Made by a program: the position numbers and the translations under genes. Shown piece by piece: positions 61,715 through 64,000 of a DNA stretch of 64,000 bases. Origin of the DNA: the human T2T-CHM13v2.0 reference genome, Homo sapiens. The stretch lies in the NCBI RefSeq assembly GCF_009914755.1, contig NC_060945.1; one strand, 5' to 3'. Under the pieces are notes generated by a model. It was given only the letters and a program-made list of their open reading frames with translations, was not told the DNA's origin and made no database searches. How positions within the stretch are numbered: position 1 is the stretch's first letter; every line of letters begins with the position of its first letter.

Positions 61715-63524
61715 TATGTTTTCTAATAAAATACGGAGGCTCGGGTATTTTCTTATAGTCGTACAAATGGACTAAGACAATTGTGATGAGTTAGAATTTA
61801 AAGAGAAGAAATAAAAAGAGCAAAAACCTCTGAAAAGGCAAGATGTCCTGAAATACAGAGATTATTTCAAAAAGACATGATACACCTTATCTTCATAAGA
61901 AGAGAGAATTGGGGGAGAAAAGAGAAATCAGTACAAGTAGGCCTGTGTATTCGACAGCAGGAAGTTGAAATATTTCCTTCCTTTTATTTTGTTGACAAAA
62001 TAACAACATGTCAATCTGTAAGACAGAAGTAAGTGCAAAAAGGTTTGGATACTGAATTGGTATGAGAAGCTCTGAAAAACGTACAGTGAGGAATGGGAGA
62101 GAACACTGATTAAGGAACAATAGAATGATTGCTGCATAAACTTGGTGCCTCCATTAAATAAATGAGAGAGGAAACCAATTACTCTATGTAGATGGACACT
62201 TCATAGACAAGAGTACAATAGTTTTCAAGGAAACAGCAGCAATTGCAAACGTTTTTAAATTATATAGTATTTATCTTTGGGTTCGGGGAGTAGTGTGTTC
62301 CTGGGGGTTCCAGTATGTTTAAGAAAGACTTTTAGAATGAACAAGAGATTGACAAGATTATTAAGTCCCAAGAGGAAATACGGATTAGACAAGCATCCTA
62401 ACCTCCGTGAACTGCTCCAGGCCTGACAGGAAGAAGAATAACTGTAATGTACTAACAATCACAAATATAGTAGCTAAGATATATATGTCATACGTTGTCA
62501 TGACAAATTGTCTATGCAAATTATCTCATATCATCATCTCTGCAAAGTTATACAATAAAATTATCATTTTCTCCATTATGCAGATAAAACAAAACAAAAC
62601 AGAAGCAATGGCAGAAACACAGGATAAGGCCTCCAAGTCAGGGCATTCTGGGATGTTTTAGTTTATTGGATATAACGATGATATTTGTATTAACGTAAGC
62701 TTAGGGGCATTAAGTTTGCTGACTGTATCTTGCTTACCATACATAAAACCCAATCATCTCCTCCTCAAGGGAGATAGCACAAATTGACCTAAGCAGTTAG
62801 TTTTCCAGCTTAAAATTCAAAATTGGTTTTCACATTAGGTTTACATAATCTCCTTGTAAACTGACAACCAATCAACTAAAATTGAAGTTACCCTAGGACA
62901 TCAAATATACGACACGGGAAAAAGAACTAAAAGCCAAAACTAAAACTTTAATTTGGAAAAGAAAGATTAAGACACCTACTGTATTTATTGACCCAAGGAA
63001 ATTATCAAATCTCCCAGGTGGAAGGAGTGAAAACTCTCTCCTCCGGCTGTAAGGTTAATTTCTTAACTAGTCCATCTGCTATAGTCTTATTCTATGCTGG
63101 TATGACTCTTTTGTCCAATGTGCTTTATGGTCCCTAACTTTGTTCCCTGGAGGACTTTTGCTTATATATTTCATTGGTAAACTAGAGTAAAAGGAAGCTT
63201 GGGAAAAACTTAAGAGATTGTACTCATCTAGGGATGATGGTGATAGCAAGTGTCAAAATGAAGAGATTGATTTCTCTGACAAAAATATTAATTGACAAAT
63301 TGTGAGGTTCTGTTGGAAATTACTGTCAAAGGAGCACAATATTTTAAAAATTACTTCTAAGATTTAAACAAACCATGTAGTAGAATAGCAATGACACCAA
63401 AAGTAACAGAGCTTTTTTACCTCTCCTCTGAAGAAATTAGTCTGTCCAGCAGCACAATGTGAGAAAACAATGGTACTCCAGAAATAAATTTGAACTTAGA
63501 TTATTAACTGTGATTAATATACTT

Positions 63525-64000
63525 AAGTAATCAAAACTACTATGATCTAAATGTAAAACACAAAACTGTAAAACTCCTAGAAGTTACCACAGGAGAAAAT
63601 CTAGATGACCTAGGGTTTGGTGAAGACTTTTTAGGTACAACACTACAGGCACAATCTATGAAAGAAATAATTGAAAAGCTGTACTTCATTAAAATTAACA
63701 GTTTCTGCTATACAAAAGACAATGAGAAGAGAATAAAAATAGAATCTACAGACTAGGAGATAATATTTGCAAAAGACATATTTGAAAAATAACTGTTTCC
63801 CAAAATACACAACATTTAAAACTCAACAGTAAGGAAACAAACTACCCAATTAAAAAATGGGCTAAAGTTCTTAACAGATATGTCAGCAAGGAAGATAGAC
63901 ATATGGCAAATAAATGTAGTAATTGATTATCCACATTATGCCTCATCAATGTAATGGAAAAATAATAAAACAAAGAAATATGATTACACACCTGTTAGAA
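63525..64000 (+). mobile_element. L1MB/MC-type ORF2 3' fragment running off the window
   Basis: 'aaaactcctagaag...ggagaaaatctagatgacctagggtttgg...cccaattaaaaaatgggc'. Confidence 0.8.

Overview
AT-rich, gene-poor primate genomic DNA, most likely human or another ape (AluY, L1PA4-like and LTR12 elements are present). I find no protein-coding gene, RNA gene or convincing exon. Most longer ORFs in the track map to Alu, L1, L2, LTR or microsatellite sequence, and the rest look like chance frames. The window is a mosaic of about 18 Alus, L1 fragments, MaLR/ERVL/ERV1 LTRs, a two-LTR ERV1 provirus remnant (40299-45489), a CpG-rich LTR12 solo LTR (59990-61306) and STRs. I cannot support a new 'biological system'. 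The best leads are: (1) an 85-bp-arm near-perfect palindrome in apparently unique DNA with a template-switch signature (12737-12961); (2) a 5'-inverted Alu (44362-44656), one of four twin-primed insertions within 13 kb; (3) perfect inverted copies of an LTR end inside an expanded TA/CA tract (55883-56073); (4) a dense MEIS/PBX/HOX motif cluster (49340-49797); (5) a ~210-bp non-tandem local duplication (7378-7585 / 8348-8561). Repeat subfamily names come from my recall of consensus sequences and need RepeatMasker/Dfam confirmation. Boundaries of old elements are approximate.
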